Shown here: in pieces, positions 10,729 to 21,356 of the stretch
How the letters are laid out: each line of letters opens with the position of its first letter
Numbering within the stretch: the stretch's first letter is position 1
DNA from: Candidatus Hermodarchaeota archaeon
GTDB taxonomy: Archaea > Asgardarchaeota > Lokiarchaeia > Sigyniarchaeales > SOKP01
Direction of reading: 5' to 3'
Assembly (NCBI GenBank): GCA_048885535.1
Contig: JBHLLO010000009.1
Coordinates: forward strand, 2,909 to 66,908
DNA length: 64,000 nucleotides
The notes under the pieces: model-generated
Told to the model about the DNA's origin: nothing
Database searches by the model: none
The model's input: the letters and a program-made list of their open reading frames with translations, nothing else
Made by a program: the position numbers and the translations under genes

Positions 10729-12351
10729 TTGGTTAGAATTATGAAACCTATGCATAAATTGGGAGTCCCAGTACCAACTAAACACTCATTAGTAACTAGA
10801 AATATCAAAGAAGTAACTAAAGAACAACGAGAACGTGCATTGAAAGAGACGGAGTATAGTATGTTTGCATTTCCTGCAGACTTGCTTGTATTAGATTTTC
10901 TTTCTGATAGTGGAACATCTACTATGACAGATTTGCAATGGTCTTCCCTATTTCATGGCGATGAAGCCTACGGGCGTAATAAAGGATATTATGTCCTTCT
11001 TGATGCTATTAGAGATGTTTTTGAAAGAGGAGACAAGCCTAAAAGAGCATTAAATTTAATTCTTTCGGGAGAGACAAATATTGAAAAGTTGATGAATGAA
11101 TTGTATCTAACCTCATTTGAAGGAGGATTTGTAAATGGTGGTAAATTCCAACTAACAAGACCTAATACTTTTTTAGTTCCCCAAGGAAGATGTGCTGAAC
11201 ATTTACTATTTTCGACCATTGCACCCATGCTAAGAAAGAATGCCCCTGATAGAAGTTTTTTCATCCCTAATAATGGACACTTTGACACCACAGAAGCCAA
11301 TATCGCTGCAAATGGAATAATCCCCATAAACATATTTTCTGCGAATTTATTTGATCCATTCCCTCTTGAACAATTAGAGGTTAATAATCCTTTTAAAGGC
11401 AATATGGAAGTAAAAGATTTGGAGGAATTTATCAATGATAAAGGCTCTGAGAGCATTCCGTTGATTTACCTAACAATAACCAACAATACTGCTGCAGGTC
11501 AACCAGTATCATTGAGAAATGTTAGAGAAGTTCATAAAATCGCACAAAAGTATGGGATTCCTCTTTTTTTTGATGCATGCAGATTTGCCGAAAATGCTTA
11601 TTTCATAAAAAAATATGAAAACGGTTATAACAAGTATTCAATCGCAAAAATCATTCAAGAGATATTTTCCTATGTAGATGGTTTTACAATAAGTTTTAAA
11701 AAAGATGGTCTAGCAAATATTGGAGGAGGTCTTTTCTTCAGAGATAAAGGCGTTTTTCATAAAAAATTCTCCTATAAGGAAGATATTGGTATTAAGCTAA
11801 AGGAAAAACAAATACTTACATTTGGGAATGACTCTTATGGAGGTTTAAGCGGTCGGGATATTATGACTATAGCAACAGGATTATATGAGATAACGAAGGA
11901 GACATATCTAAGGGATCGTATTTCTCAAATTCAATATTTCGCTACAAGATTGGCTCAAGAAAGAATACCAATAGTTCTTCCTCCTGGAGGTCATGCAGTT
12001 TATATTAATATGGACAGATTTTTTGAGGGCACTGATATGAAAGTAGATGATTTTGGAGGAGTGGGATTCACAATTGAGCTAATTAAACATTACGGTATTA
12101 GAGCATGTGAATTGGGTCCATTTGCATTTGAATGGGACAATAAAACATCTGAACAAAGAAAAAATATTTTAAATTTAGTAAGATTCGCAATCCCTCGAAA
12201 TGTATACAATAAATCTCATATTGATTATGCTATTGCTGCTATTACTGAATTATACAAAAATAGAGACAAAATTCCTAAAGTAAGAATCTCGCGTGGTGCA
12301 GAGTTAAAACTGAGACATTTTCAATCAGGACTTCAACCAATTTATAATTAG
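10729..12351 (+). CDS. tnaA: Tryptophanase / tyrosine phenol-lyase family PLP enzyme (start may be ATG 10741)
   Basis: DFLSDSGT, GDEAY, QGR, HFDTT, DACRFAEN, PLP-lysine motif SFKKDG, YGGLSGRD, LRHF. Confidence 0.85.
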   Translation: MVRIMKPMHKLGVPVPTKHSLVTRNIKEVTKEQRERALKETEYSMFAFPADLLVLDFLSDSGTSTMTDLQWSSLFHGDEAYGRNKGYYVLLDAIRDVFERGDKPKRALNLILSGETNIEKLMNELYLTSFEGGFVNGGKFQLTRPNTFLVPQGRCAEHLLFSTIAPMLRKNAPDRSFFIPNNGHFDTTEANIAANGIIPINIFSANLFDPFPLEQLEVNNPFKGNMEVKDLEEFINDKGSESIPLIYLTITNNTAAGQPVSLRNVREVHKIAQKYGIPLFFDACRFAENAYFIKKYENGYNKYSIAKIIQEIFSYVDGFTISFKKDGLANIGGGLFFRDKGVFHKKFSYKEDIGIKLKEKQILTFGNDSYGGLSGRDIMTIATGLYEITKETYLRDRISQIQYFATRLAQERIPIVLPPGGHAVYINMDRFFEGTDMKVDDFGGVGFTIELIKHYGIRACELGPFAFEWDNKTSEQRKNILNLVRFAIPRNVYNKSHIDYAIAAITELYKNRDKIPKVRISRGAELKLRHFQSGLQPIYN

Positions 12352-12518
12352 TAACTCATTTTAATTCAATTTTTTACTTATATTGAAGTAACGATTGACA
12401 TAACCATGTAATTTCCTTTACTCTTTTGTAAAAATAAGACTTAATTGTTTTCTTAGCAATCACGTACAAAAAGATTACTTAATTAAATTTTAAATAAAAA
12501 GAAATTGATTTTACTATT

Positions 12519-13196
12519 ATGAACACTGCCGAACATTTAATAATGGTTTGGATTATTTCTATTGTAGTTGTAATCCTAGCACTATTCACAATTAGTACAT
12601 TGGTAAATTATTTTAGACAAAAAAACCGTGCTGCTTTATATCTCGCTTTAAATTATATATCATTTGTTATTGCTATGATCTTTCATCTTGTTGGCCATTT
12701 TGATTCATTTGTAAATGATATTACCACAAACTTTTATGAAGATGCAAGTATGTATGGTAAAGTCTTTATTATTCTTGGTATTTTATTTATTCTCCTCTTC
12801 CATGCAGAATTTACGGAAGTAAATAAAATATGGAAATATATTCGAATATTTCTGGGTATAACACTCATGATATGGATATTATTCCCCTCTAATTATACAT
12901 TTGGTGGCCGAACGACAGTAATTATAACTTATATGTTTATGGCACTATATGGCTTAGCAATTAACTTATTTTTATCTATTAGTTTCTTTAAAATGGGAAA
13001 AAAATCGACAGTAAGGAGAAAGGAACTTTATTCACTTGGATTAGGTGCATTAAGCTTTTTGATTTACTATATCCTAATGACGATTTATGGGATGCTTCAA
13101 TCTTTTCCAATAATGATAATAACCCAAGTTGACTTATTCATAGCACTCCTCTTCTACTTTATTGGCATATATTTACCTAAGTTCAGATCAGAATAA
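12519..13196 (+). CDS. Polytopic (~7 TM) membrane protein, hypothetical
   Basis: Seven hydrophobic stretches in 225 aa. Confidence 0.8.
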   Translation: MNTAEHLIMVWIISIVVVILALFTISTLVNYFRQKNRAALYLALNYISFVIAMIFHLVGHFDSFVNDITTNFYEDASMYGKVFIILGILFILLFHAEFTEVNKIWKYIRIFLGITLMIWILFPSNYTFGGRTTVIITYMFMALYGLAINLFLSISFFKMGKKSTVRRKELYSLGLGALSFLIYYILMTIYGMLQSFPIMIITQVDLFIALLFYFIGIYLPKFRSE

Positions 13197-13337
13197 GTAG
13201 CTTTAATAATTTAACTCTTCTTTTATTTTTTAGAATTTCGAGCTAAATGGAGTAGAGATCAAGTTTGGTGATTAAATCTATTTTAATCCCTGTTTTTTCA
13301 CACTTTTTGCTTTATAAATAAAATTTTGGGGAAATAT

Positions 13338-13658
13338 TCATAGATCCAAAGTTCTTAATTTGTTTGAAATGTTTTTTCTTCTAAGAATTTTAATAAAGTC
13401 ATTTTCTTTTTGTTTTAATCGGCTGAGAAAACTATCAAGTTTATCAAAATTGTTAAACCAGTGTTCTTCGCCATTAACAATTATCTTTACACCTCTTCTT
13501 TCATTGTTATTAATAATTGCATATATCCCCCCAATTTCAGAATCATGCTTTATAAAAACTTTCTCCCCATTAGAATCATTTGTTTTTTCATTTCCTTTTT
13601 TTGCCCAAAATTGGTTTTTTAAAAGATAACTTCTATACATACTCATTTCATCACACAC
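13338..13658 (-). CDS. Small hypothetical protein
   Basis: 106-aa ORF with natural composition; exact start uncertain. Confidence 0.55.
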   Translation of the reverse strand: MCDEMSMYRSYLLKNQFWAKKGNEKTNDSNGEKVFIKHDSEIGGIYAIINNNERRGVKIIVNGEEHWFNNFDKLDSFLSRLKQKENDFIKILRRKNISNKLRTLDL

Positions 13659-13679
13659 AACTTATTTTTCGATATTGTT

Positions 13680-13714
13680 AGGGAGTCATCACAATACTAT
13701 AGATAATGACCCCT
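13680..13714. promoter_or_regulatory. Inverted repeat / hairpin upstream of the 13338-13658 gene
   Basis: Minus strand AGGGGTCATTA-N12-TGATGACTCCCT (one bulge, one G.U pair). Confidence 0.4.
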
Positions 13715-14035
13715 GGAGTAGTATCTGAGTAATATAAGATATAGTTTAATTATAGAATCGTGTGTTATCGGGAATATATCTCCATATTATGCTAATTCGA
13801 ATTATATCACTCATAACCAAAAAAACTGAAAATTCATATTTAAATGACAAAGTAAAATTCGTAGGAGTACCTACTAAAAATCAATTACTTGGGGTTATCA
13901 CATAAAAATTTCTATTGCAAGTCTGTGATATAGCAACGATATTTGAATCAAAAAATTTATTTTAAAAATATAAAATGATTAACATTTTTTGACTTTGAAA
14001 GGAGAAAAATGAGTTAAAGGAAGGTATATGTTGCA

Positions 14036-14323
14036 ATGATGACAGAAATTGACTTCTATCTATCACTTTATGACAGTTTTTTAAAAACGTATGGTATCGA
14101 TGATCAAAAGATCCTTTGGAAATTAAATGCAATTGTTAAATTAATGGAAGTAAGTAACTCAAAAGCAGATAATATGTTTTGTGAAAATGGTCTTAGATTG
14201 ATTATGACATTATTTAAAGATTTTAAGTTTGACTCCTGTGATCTCAAAAGCTCAGATTTTGAATCATCTTCAATTCCAGAGCGAGAGGCTTTAATACCTA
14301 TTTTGATTGAGGAATTTAAGTAA
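14036..14323 (+). CDS. Small acidic hypothetical protein
   Basis: 95-aa ORF preceded by purine-rich GGAAGGT. Confidence 0.65.
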   Translation: MMTEIDFYLSLYDSFLKTYGIDDQKILWKLNAIVKLMEVSNSKADNMFCENGLRLIMTLFKDFKFDSCDLKSSDFESSSIPEREALIPILIEEFK

Positions 14324-14831
14324 ATTCCTTTTCAAATTCCCATATTGCATCTTGAATTGTGTGAAGGTTCTTTACCACTTTTCCTGATTTCATAGAGTTC
14401 ATTTCTTCAGCATCGTACATAGCTTTCCCTACAGCTATAGCACGATCATGAGTTTCATCAACAATTTGTACAATATCATTCTTTTTAACAGTTGGATCAA
14501 TCTGAGTTATCCCCGGACGCATCACGTCTGCCCCATTAGCAACATAGCGAATTGCTCCCATATCTACGACTATCGTTTTAATTTTAATCTTATGTTTTAG
14601 TAAAAAAGTTAACACAGGTATATACCCATCTGCTTCTGTTTTCCATATCTTTAATTCTTTGTTTATAGCATATAAAGTGTCTCCTTTCTCAGTTTGAATT
14701 ACTTCAATATGTGCTTTCTTTGGAAATACTTGATTTAGAAACTCTTCATCATATTGTTTTAAAAGCTCTTCTTTAAGGATTTTAACTTCGGATTTCTGAA
14801 TATAATGTCTATGTTTAATTTGCATTTTCAT
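14316..14831 (-). CDS. DUF1947 + PUA RNA-binding protein (MCTS1/Tma20-like)
   Basis: VVDMGAIRYVANGADVMRPGI, AIAVGKA, GKVVKNLHTIQD. Confidence 0.9.
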   Translation of the reverse strand: MKMQIKHRHYIQKSEVKILKEELLKQYDEEFLNQVFPKKAHIEVIQTEKGDTLYAINKELKIWKTEADGYIPVLTFLLKHKIKIKTIVVDMGAIRYVANGADVMRPGITQIDPTVKKNDIVQIVDETHDRAIAVGKAMYDAEEMNSMKSGKVVKNLHTIQDAIWEFEKEFT

Positions 14832-14893
14832 TAACTAAATAACTATTATTATATTAAAACCTTTTAATTCATCTTTCTTATTTTTTCATAATC

Positions 14894-15448
14894 ATGAGTA
14901 AAGTATATACCACTGCAGTTGTGATTATCCCACCAAAGGATAGTTGGCCCCCGATTCAAGAGATTCGAAAACAATACGATCGTCAAATTCGGAGATGGAT
15001 GCCTCATATTACACTTATATATCCTTTTAAATCAGAACAAGAGTTTGATGATTTGGAGAAAAAATTCTGGGAAATTTGCAAAGAAGTACATTCCTTTGAA
15101 ATTACTTTAAAAAATTTTAATTACTTCACCCATAGAAATCAAAATTTTACAATCTGGTTAACTCCTGAACCAAAGGATGCTTTAATAATATTGCAAAAAA
15201 AAATCCAATTGATTGTACCGGATTGTGATGAACAAAACCAGTATCGAAGTGGATTTACACCTCATTTAAGTGTCGGGCAAATTAGAGGTAAAAACAACTT
15301 AATAAATACTTTAAAAAATCTCGAAAAAAACTGGAAACAACAAACATTCCTTTTGGAAGAAATCTACTTTATTGCTCGAGATAAAGATAAAAATTCTTCA
15401 TTCCAAGAAAGAAAAGTTATAAAACTTTCTTCTAACAAATTAGTATAA
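14894..15448 (+). CDS. 2H phosphoesterase / 2'-5' RNA ligase family protein
   Basis: Two Hx(T/S) motifs: PHITL and PHLSV. Confidence 0.85.
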   Translation: MSKVYTTAVVIIPPKDSWPPIQEIRKQYDRQIRRWMPHITLIYPFKSEQEFDDLEKKFWEICKEVHSFEITLKNFNYFTHRNQNFTIWLTPEPKDALIILQKKIQLIVPDCDEQNQYRSGFTPHLSVGQIRGKNNLINTLKNLEKNWKQQTFLLEEIYFIARDKDKNSSFQERKVIKLSSNKLV

Positions 15449-15609
15449 TTTTTAATTTATTGAATTTGAACACTCTAATACATCTATTACAAAATATTAA
15501 TTTGCTAAAACGAAATCTTCATTAAAAATTAGTAAGAATCATCAAAATTTTTAAATTTGAACTCCATATTTAATATAATTATTAAAATTAATCTTCAGAA
15601 GATTGAACC

Positions 15610-16170
15610 ATGAGCAATAGTGATATTGTCTTTCAAGGGAGAACTGAATCAATATATAAAGTAATAGTAATAGGGGATCCAGCTGTAGGAAAAACAAGCC
15701 TTCTTACTAAGTTTGTTACTAAACAGTTTGAAACTAGATATCTACCTACTGTCGGTGTAAATATAGTAAAGGAACCAATTAATCTAGTGGATCTGAATGC
15801 CACAGTCAATCTGATGTTTTGGGATGTAGCCGGACAGCCCCAATTCTATATGCTCCACCGTCCCTATTTCAATGGTGCAGATGGAATGATTTTAGTATTT
15901 GATATAACTCGTTCAAGCACGTTTAGTAATATAAACAATTGGTACTCGACAGCTGTGAAATACGGACTTAGTGAAATTCCCCGAATTTTGATCGGTAATA
16001 AAATAGATTTAGAAGAAGATCGAAAAATCATATTACCGATGGCGGAACACCTTTCTGAAAAATTGAATGCTCCTTATTTTGAGACTTCCGCGTTAACAGG
16101 AGAAAACGTTAAAAAAATATTTTATAAAATTGCAGATTTGGTATATAAATATAAAGAAGAATTAAAATAG
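15610..16170 (+). CDS. Rab-like small GTPase
   Basis: G1 GDPAVGKT, G2 PTVG, G3 WDVAGQ, G4 NKID, G5 ETSA; no C-terminal prenylation Cys. Confidence 0.95.
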   Translation: MSNSDIVFQGRTESIYKVIVIGDPAVGKTSLLTKFVTKQFETRYLPTVGVNIVKEPINLVDLNATVNLMFWDVAGQPQFYMLHRPYFNGADGMILVFDITRSSTFSNINNWYSTAVKYGLSEIPRILIGNKIDLEEDRKIILPMAEHLSEKLNAPYFETSALTGENVKKIFYKIADLVYKYKEELK

Positions 16171-16337
16171 TACTTTTTTCATTACTTTATTCTTAATAGT
16201 ATAATTTATTCTGATGAGATCAGATTAGATTTTGACAAAAAACTGAAAGATTTCTTGTTAAAAACATATTTAGAAACATTTATTAATATTAAAGAATAAT
16301 TTTAATAAAAAAGAGTTTGTAGAGGTAAAATTTTCCC

Positions 16338-17600
16338 ATGGAACGAGAACAGATATTCTGGAAGTTCTTGGGTAGGAAGATGCTTAGTTATAAAAGACTA
16401 GCAAGTGGTGAAGTAATTGGTACTGGAATTCTAAATCCTTTTTTTGATAAAGTCGGTTTTATCCTCATGATTTTATTACAAGCTAATTTTTATAAAAATA
16501 CTATAGTTGGCAAATGGAAGGGGAAGACAGTTTCAAACACATTTGCACCACCTATTGGTAGTCGACCTCAATTTCGTGCTTTATTGGGGATTTTAAAAGA
16601 TTATTTAATGAAATATTCCATGCCAATAGCAATGACCTTTGCTGTTACTTATAGGTGCCAATGCCATTGTGTACATTGTAGCGCAGGAAAACATCTAAAA
16701 ACGGATCAAAAGGAACTCAGCACAGAAGAGGCGAAAAAACTTATAGATGACGCCCAGAAATTAGGAGTGACTATAATTGCATTTACTGGAGGAGAGCCAC
16801 TACTTCGAGAGGATCTTTTTGAGTTAATTTCCCATGTAAATCAGAAAAAAGCAATGCCTGTTATGTTTACTAATGGACAATATCTTACTGATGAAAACGT
16901 AGAGAAGTTAGCCAAAGCTGGTCTTTATTCACTCTTTGTTAGCATCGATAGCCCAAATCCAGAGGAACATGATGATTTAAGAAAAATGCCCGGTATTTTC
17001 GAGACTGCAATTGAGGGAATGAAAAAAGCGAAATCTAAAGGAATATTTGTAGGATTATCATCCTATGCAATTCGATCTCATACTGAAAGAGGCATGTATA
17101 AACAATTGCATGAACTAGGAAAGAAAATTGGTGCTCAAAATATAATCATGTTTGATGGAGTACCGACGGGTAATATGCTAAAAAATACAAGTGAAATTCT
17201 TACACCAGAACAGCGAGAAGAAATCCACCAATATTCTGCTGAACAATTTCGAAAAGGAACAATTCCTCCCCTCTCATCACAATCTTGGCAAAATTCTTTA
17301 GAAGCCTATTTGGCAGGAATTGGTTGTTTAGCTGGAAATATTCAATTCTATGCTTCAGCTTATGGCGATATTTCTCCCTGTGATTTTACACCCATATCCT
17401 TTGGCAATATACGCCAGCATTCTTTAAAAAGAATTTGGATGAAAATGGTTCGTCATCCTGCTTATAATCATAAAAATTCAGTTTGCAGGATGCAACATAA
17501 AGTATTTCGTCGTTTTTATGTTGATCCTATTCCAGATGATGCTCCACTTCCATATCCAATAGAAAAGTTACCATATGTGGATTATAGAAAATATTGTTAA
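16338..17600 (+). CDS. Radical SAM protein with SPASM/Twitch domain
   Basis: CQCHCVHC, FTGGEPLLR, C-terminal CLAG...GDISPCDF...C. Confidence 0.9.
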   Translation: MEREQIFWKFLGRKMLSYKRLASGEVIGTGILNPFFDKVGFILMILLQANFYKNTIVGKWKGKTVSNTFAPPIGSRPQFRALLGILKDYLMKYSMPIAMTFAVTYRCQCHCVHCSAGKHLKTDQKELSTEEAKKLIDDAQKLGVTIIAFTGGEPLLREDLFELISHVNQKKAMPVMFTNGQYLTDENVEKLAKAGLYSLFVSIDSPNPEEHDDLRKMPGIFETAIEGMKKAKSKGIFVGLSSYAIRSHTERGMYKQLHELGKKIGAQNIIMFDGVPTGNMLKNTSEILTPEQREEIHQYSAEQFRKGTIPPLSSQSWQNSLEAYLAGIGCLAGNIQFYASAYGDISPCDFTPISFGNIRQHSLKRIWMKMVRHPAYNHKNSVCRMQHKVFRRFYVDPIPDDAPLPYPIEKLPYVDYRKYC

Positions 17601-17622
17601 ATTTTTTCTCAATATAAATTTT

Positions 17623-18276
17623 TTAAATTACCTTCTTATCTTTAACCATTAGTTTATTGATCCAGAAGATTATTTTTTCTTGAAGCTCTTTCCTTAAAGG
17701 TTTAGATGTAGTTCGATCTTTATCGTATAAATCTGAAAGAGTTTCTGATGAGTTTAACCGGTTTACAAATTGTGCTATTTCAGTACAAATTCTGTGTCCT
17801 CCAGTAAATTCAAATATATCTTCTTTAATTTTTTCTAAGCTAGAGATAACAACTTGAAGGTCTTCTAAAGTTTCTAATTCCTCATTTAGTTTAGTTAATT
17901 TTGTTGTAATTTCTTTTTTAATATCGGAAGCCGTCTTATCTCTTTCAATTTCATTCTTCACTATTTGAAGTGTAGGAGAAACAACTTGAAGATTAATAAT
18001 TAATGACTTGATAAATTCTAACTCGTTTTTTAATGATTTTTGGCTTTCGATTATGTTATGTAACTGGGGAATCAAACTTTTAATATCTAAAGTTACCTCA
18101 TGCAAATTAGTTACTTTATCAGTTAACATATTTATCTTTAGATTTGTTTGACCCATTTTCGTAATGATATCTAATCCAAACTTCTCTAAGATAGATGAAA
18201 ATGATTTCATTTTTTCATTTAATTCTATAATAACATCAAAAATCTCTTTATTGTCAGACTGGTTAGTGTTTGTCAT
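17623..18276 (-). CDS. Coiled-coil hypothetical protein
   Basis: Heptad-rich; C-terminal helical domain resembles that of 54279-56450. Confidence 0.75.
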   Translation of the reverse strand: MTNTNQSDNKEIFDVIIELNEKMKSFSSILEKFGLDIITKMGQTNLKINMLTDKVTNLHEVTLDIKSLIPQLHNIIESQKSLKNELEFIKSLIINLQVVSPTLQIVKNEIERDKTASDIKKEITTKLTKLNEELETLEDLQVVISSLEKIKEDIFEFTGGHRICTEIAQFVNRLNSSETLSDLYDKDRTTSKPLRKELQEKIIFWINKLMVKDKKVI

Positions 18277-18399
18277 ATAATTACCAAATAAAATATTTAG
18301 CTTATGGATATGAGAATTAATAAAGATCTAATAAAAAGATCAATTTTTATTTTAAATATTTATTACTTTATTTAGCACTTAAATATTGTTCTATTTTGA

Positions 18400-19317
18400 T
18401 TGTTTAGATTAATTGATGAAGTGGTAAAAATAATCCAATACATAAACATCCTAACCAGAGATGGAAAATCGCTTTTATTTAGGAACTATGGAACCAGTGA
18501 TGTTGATAGAGATTTATTAGCTGGATTCTTAAGTGCATTTTCAGGATTTATGAAAGAGATTAGTCAAAGTGAGATAAGATCAACCGCAACGGATGAATTT
18601 AAGTATTATTGGACTATAATTGATGAGATTATTATTGTAGTTTGTGCTGATCTAGAAGAAGATGATGCTACAATTAATTCTAAGATCACAACTATAAGAA
18701 AAAAATTTATAGAAAAGTATGGAAAAGTCCTATCTGATGGCACTTGGTCTGGAAATCGGGCAATCTTTTTAGAATTTGAAAAAGATATTGATGATACTAT
18801 TCTAGGAGCCATTAAAATCTCAATAATAGGAACTGGGGGTGTTGGGAAAACAACACTTTTACATCTAATATGTGGTAAAGATATCGATTTAGAATATATT
18901 CCAACCATAAATGTAGATATTACTTCTTATGATGGTTTTGATGATATCTACCGTTCTATTGTATTCTGGGATTTCGCTGGACAGAGTAATTTCAGATCAT
19001 TGTGGAAAAGTTTATTAGATAGTACAGATATAGCCCTCCTCGTGTTAGATTCTACATTTGGAAATGTTAATCATAGTAAAGAAATAATTAAGGATATATT
19101 AGACAAATATTATAAAGATACTTTAGTAATTGGTATAGCAAACAAACAAGATTTGCCAAATAGATTAACACCCAAATTTTGCGAAAAAATTTTGTCTGAG
19201 GCAGATAGACATCCTTCAATTAAAGTCCATGGGATGATTGCTATTAACCCTGTGTATAGAGAAAAGATGCATGTCATATTGAGAGAAGCAATAAATAAAA
19301 TATACTCATCAAAGTAA
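18400..19317 (+). CDS. Longin-domain / small GTPase fusion protein
   Basis: N-terminal INILTRDGKSLLFR...DLLAGFLSAFSGFMKEI (longin-like); C-terminal GTGGVGKT, PT, WDFAGQ, NKQD. Start uncertain (TTG 18400, GTG 18421 or ATA 18430). Confidence 0.9.
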   Translation: MFRLIDEVVKIIQYINILTRDGKSLLFRNYGTSDVDRDLLAGFLSAFSGFMKEISQSEIRSTATDEFKYYWTIIDEIIIVVCADLEEDDATINSKITTIRKKFIEKYGKVLSDGTWSGNRAIFLEFEKDIDDTILGAIKISIIGTGGVGKTTLLHLICGKDIDLEYIPTINVDITSYDGFDDIYRSIVFWDFAGQSNFRSLWKSLLDSTDIALLVLDSTFGNVNHSKEIIKDILDKYYKDTLVIGIANKQDLPNRLTPKFCEKILSEADRHPSIKVHGMIAINPVYREKMHVILREAINKIYSSK

Positions 19318-19443
19318 AGAGGGGAAAACCCTTTTCTTTTTTCTCTACCAACTTTAGAGTTAAACCTTTTTTAGAGAAATACATAAAAAATTTAAAATTG
19401 TAAATATTTTTCAATATTAACAGATTTTTTAGAAGGTTATGAA

Positions 19444-21192
19444 ATGATTGATTTTGGAATTGAAGAAATTAGTGTTGAGCCACACGGAGATTTCCACATT
19501 TTAAAATTACCATCATTAACAGAGAAAGAAATAAAAACTATTGATCCTCTAGTTGCACCTACTTCTGGGTTGAGAATTCAAATTTTGGATGTATTGGAAC
19601 AAGAAGGCACAAAGAAATATTATTTAACTAGCCGTAAACTGTTTTTATTTTTAAGAGTATTTAAAGCTATAAGTCAGAAATTTAAAGAGATGAAAGAAAG
19701 AGAGGATCTAAAGGTTTTGATTGTTACAGATGACCGACCAACCAGAAAAGTGCTTTTAACATACTGTTCTCAAATTTTTTCCTATGATGGTTATGAAATT
19801 TATTATCAAGTGGATGATGTTGGAGAATCAAGAATATCATCGCCCTACGGAGCAGCCTCAGTTGCTTTATTTGAGGACATTAAACTAATTATTGTTTTAA
19901 CAGCATCTCATAATGATTTATCGTGGAATGGTATAAAGTTTTACATTGATTATCCAATCCCTATTTCAGGGAATTTATTTAAAGATATTTCAAAGATGGC
20001 AATAAAGGTTAAAGAAATTCCACTTAAAATACACTTTAAACCTGTTTTAATCGATGCTGAGCGAAAGAATAATGAATATGTAATGTCAATATTATCTAAA
20101 ATTATAGAAATAAAAAGCTTAAAAGACAAAAATATTGTAATTTGGCCATATTTAGGCAAGGCTAGAGGAATTGTCAATTTATTTAGAGAATTAGGTGCAA
20201 ATGTCACTGTTATTGAAGAAGTGATTAATCCTCCGAACCCAATTAAAGAGATCAGGGAAGACAAATTACAAAAAATAATGAATGAAGCTCAATCTAATCT
20301 AGCTTTACTTCTCGATGCTGATCGTGATCGAATTGCGTTATACGTGAAACAAAACGGTCAATATTATGTATACATTCCAAATGAAATCTATTCAGCAATG
20401 CACAATATTTTAGCTAAAAAATTTGATAAAAAAATTATAAATGTTAGGACTATTCCTACTGATCCAAGAGGAGATGAAACTAGCTTCTTAAATATTTTGA
20501 CTGGTGTAGGTTATAAACATTTAGGAGTAATTCTATATTTTCTTTTTGGAATCAAAGTTGATAAGTCAAAAATAGACACAGCAATTCTTTATTTTGAGGA
20601 TGAAAATAACGAATTAGTAAAACTCGAAAATCCTAAACCACTTATAGAAAAGCTCATTCAACTCATAAACAAAAAAGGTGCAACTGATGAAGAATTTATT
20701 GTCGTTATGTGGGAAGAATCTGGTGGGCATACATTAAATATCTTAAAATTGAAGAAAAACGAAAGGACTAATAATTTTGAATTTACATCAGAATTTCCAC
20801 TTATTGCGGATAAGTATCCTGTACCTGCCCTAGTACTAGCTGCAGAATTGATATCAAGAGGTTTTGTATTATCAGAATCGATAGATTGGTCAATAGTAGG
20901 AATAAATCGTACTATTCCTGCTGTAGATGAAGAGAAAATACGAATTATGAATAATTTTGAAAAAAATGATGGTAAAACTATAAGTATTGGGAATAAAGAT
21001 TACAAAGTTCAAGCATTATCAGATAATAATCAATTAGTTGATATTTATCAGTTAAAAAGTGAAGATTCTACACTCTATTTTAGGCCCAGTGGTACTGGTC
21101 CAGATGTTAGATTTTATATATTTGGAAAAAGAGAAACTCATTTAGATGAAATTACACGAGTTCAGAATCATATAAAAGAAAATTATGCTTGA
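19444..21192 (+). CDS. Divergent alpha-D-phosphohexomutase (PGM/PMM family)
   Basis: TASHN phosphoserine loop, DADRDR metal loop, EESGG, RPSGT. Confidence 0.85.
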   Translation: MIDFGIEEISVEPHGDFHILKLPSLTEKEIKTIDPLVAPTSGLRIQILDVLEQEGTKKYYLTSRKLFLFLRVFKAISQKFKEMKEREDLKVLIVTDDRPTRKVLLTYCSQIFSYDGYEIYYQVDDVGESRISSPYGAASVALFEDIKLIIVLTASHNDLSWNGIKFYIDYPIPISGNLFKDISKMAIKVKEIPLKIHFKPVLIDAERKNNEYVMSILSKIIEIKSLKDKNIVIWPYLGKARGIVNLFRELGANVTVIEEVINPPNPIKEIREDKLQKIMNEAQSNLALLLDADRDRIALYVKQNGQYYVYIPNEIYSAMHNILAKKFDKKIINVRTIPTDPRGDETSFLNILTGVGYKHLGVILYFLFGIKVDKSKIDTAILYFEDENNELVKLENPKPLIEKLIQLINKKGATDEEFIVVMWEESGGHTLNILKLKKNERTNNFEFTSEFPLIADKYPVPALVLAAELISRGFVLSESIDWSIVGINRTIPAVDEEKIRIMNNFEKNDGKTISIGNKDYKVQALSDNNQLVDIYQLKSEDSTLYFRPSGTGPDVRFYIFGKRETHLDEITRVQNHIKENYA

Positions 21193-21356
21193 TATTCGAA
21201 ACGGGTATCAAAAATCTTCTATAAGTTTATTGTATGCCCTAATTTCATTAAATATTTTATAAACAGTCTGGCTAGCTTATTATCTAAACTTTAATTACAA
21301 TAAAAAATTAGACTATATATTATAAATTCTTTCAAATTTAACATGATTAATTAAAC

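Noticed and set aside
13680-13714. Fluoride riboswitch or C/D-box RNA (GTGATGACTCC on the minus strand)
   Set aside because: The 5' GGNGAUGG element and a suitably placed CUGA D box are missing; kept only as a hairpin.
14894-15448. 2H-family RNA ligase as the ligase for the candidate intron
   Set aside because: It is 22 kb away, and archaeal BHB splicing is established to use RtcB; nothing links them.
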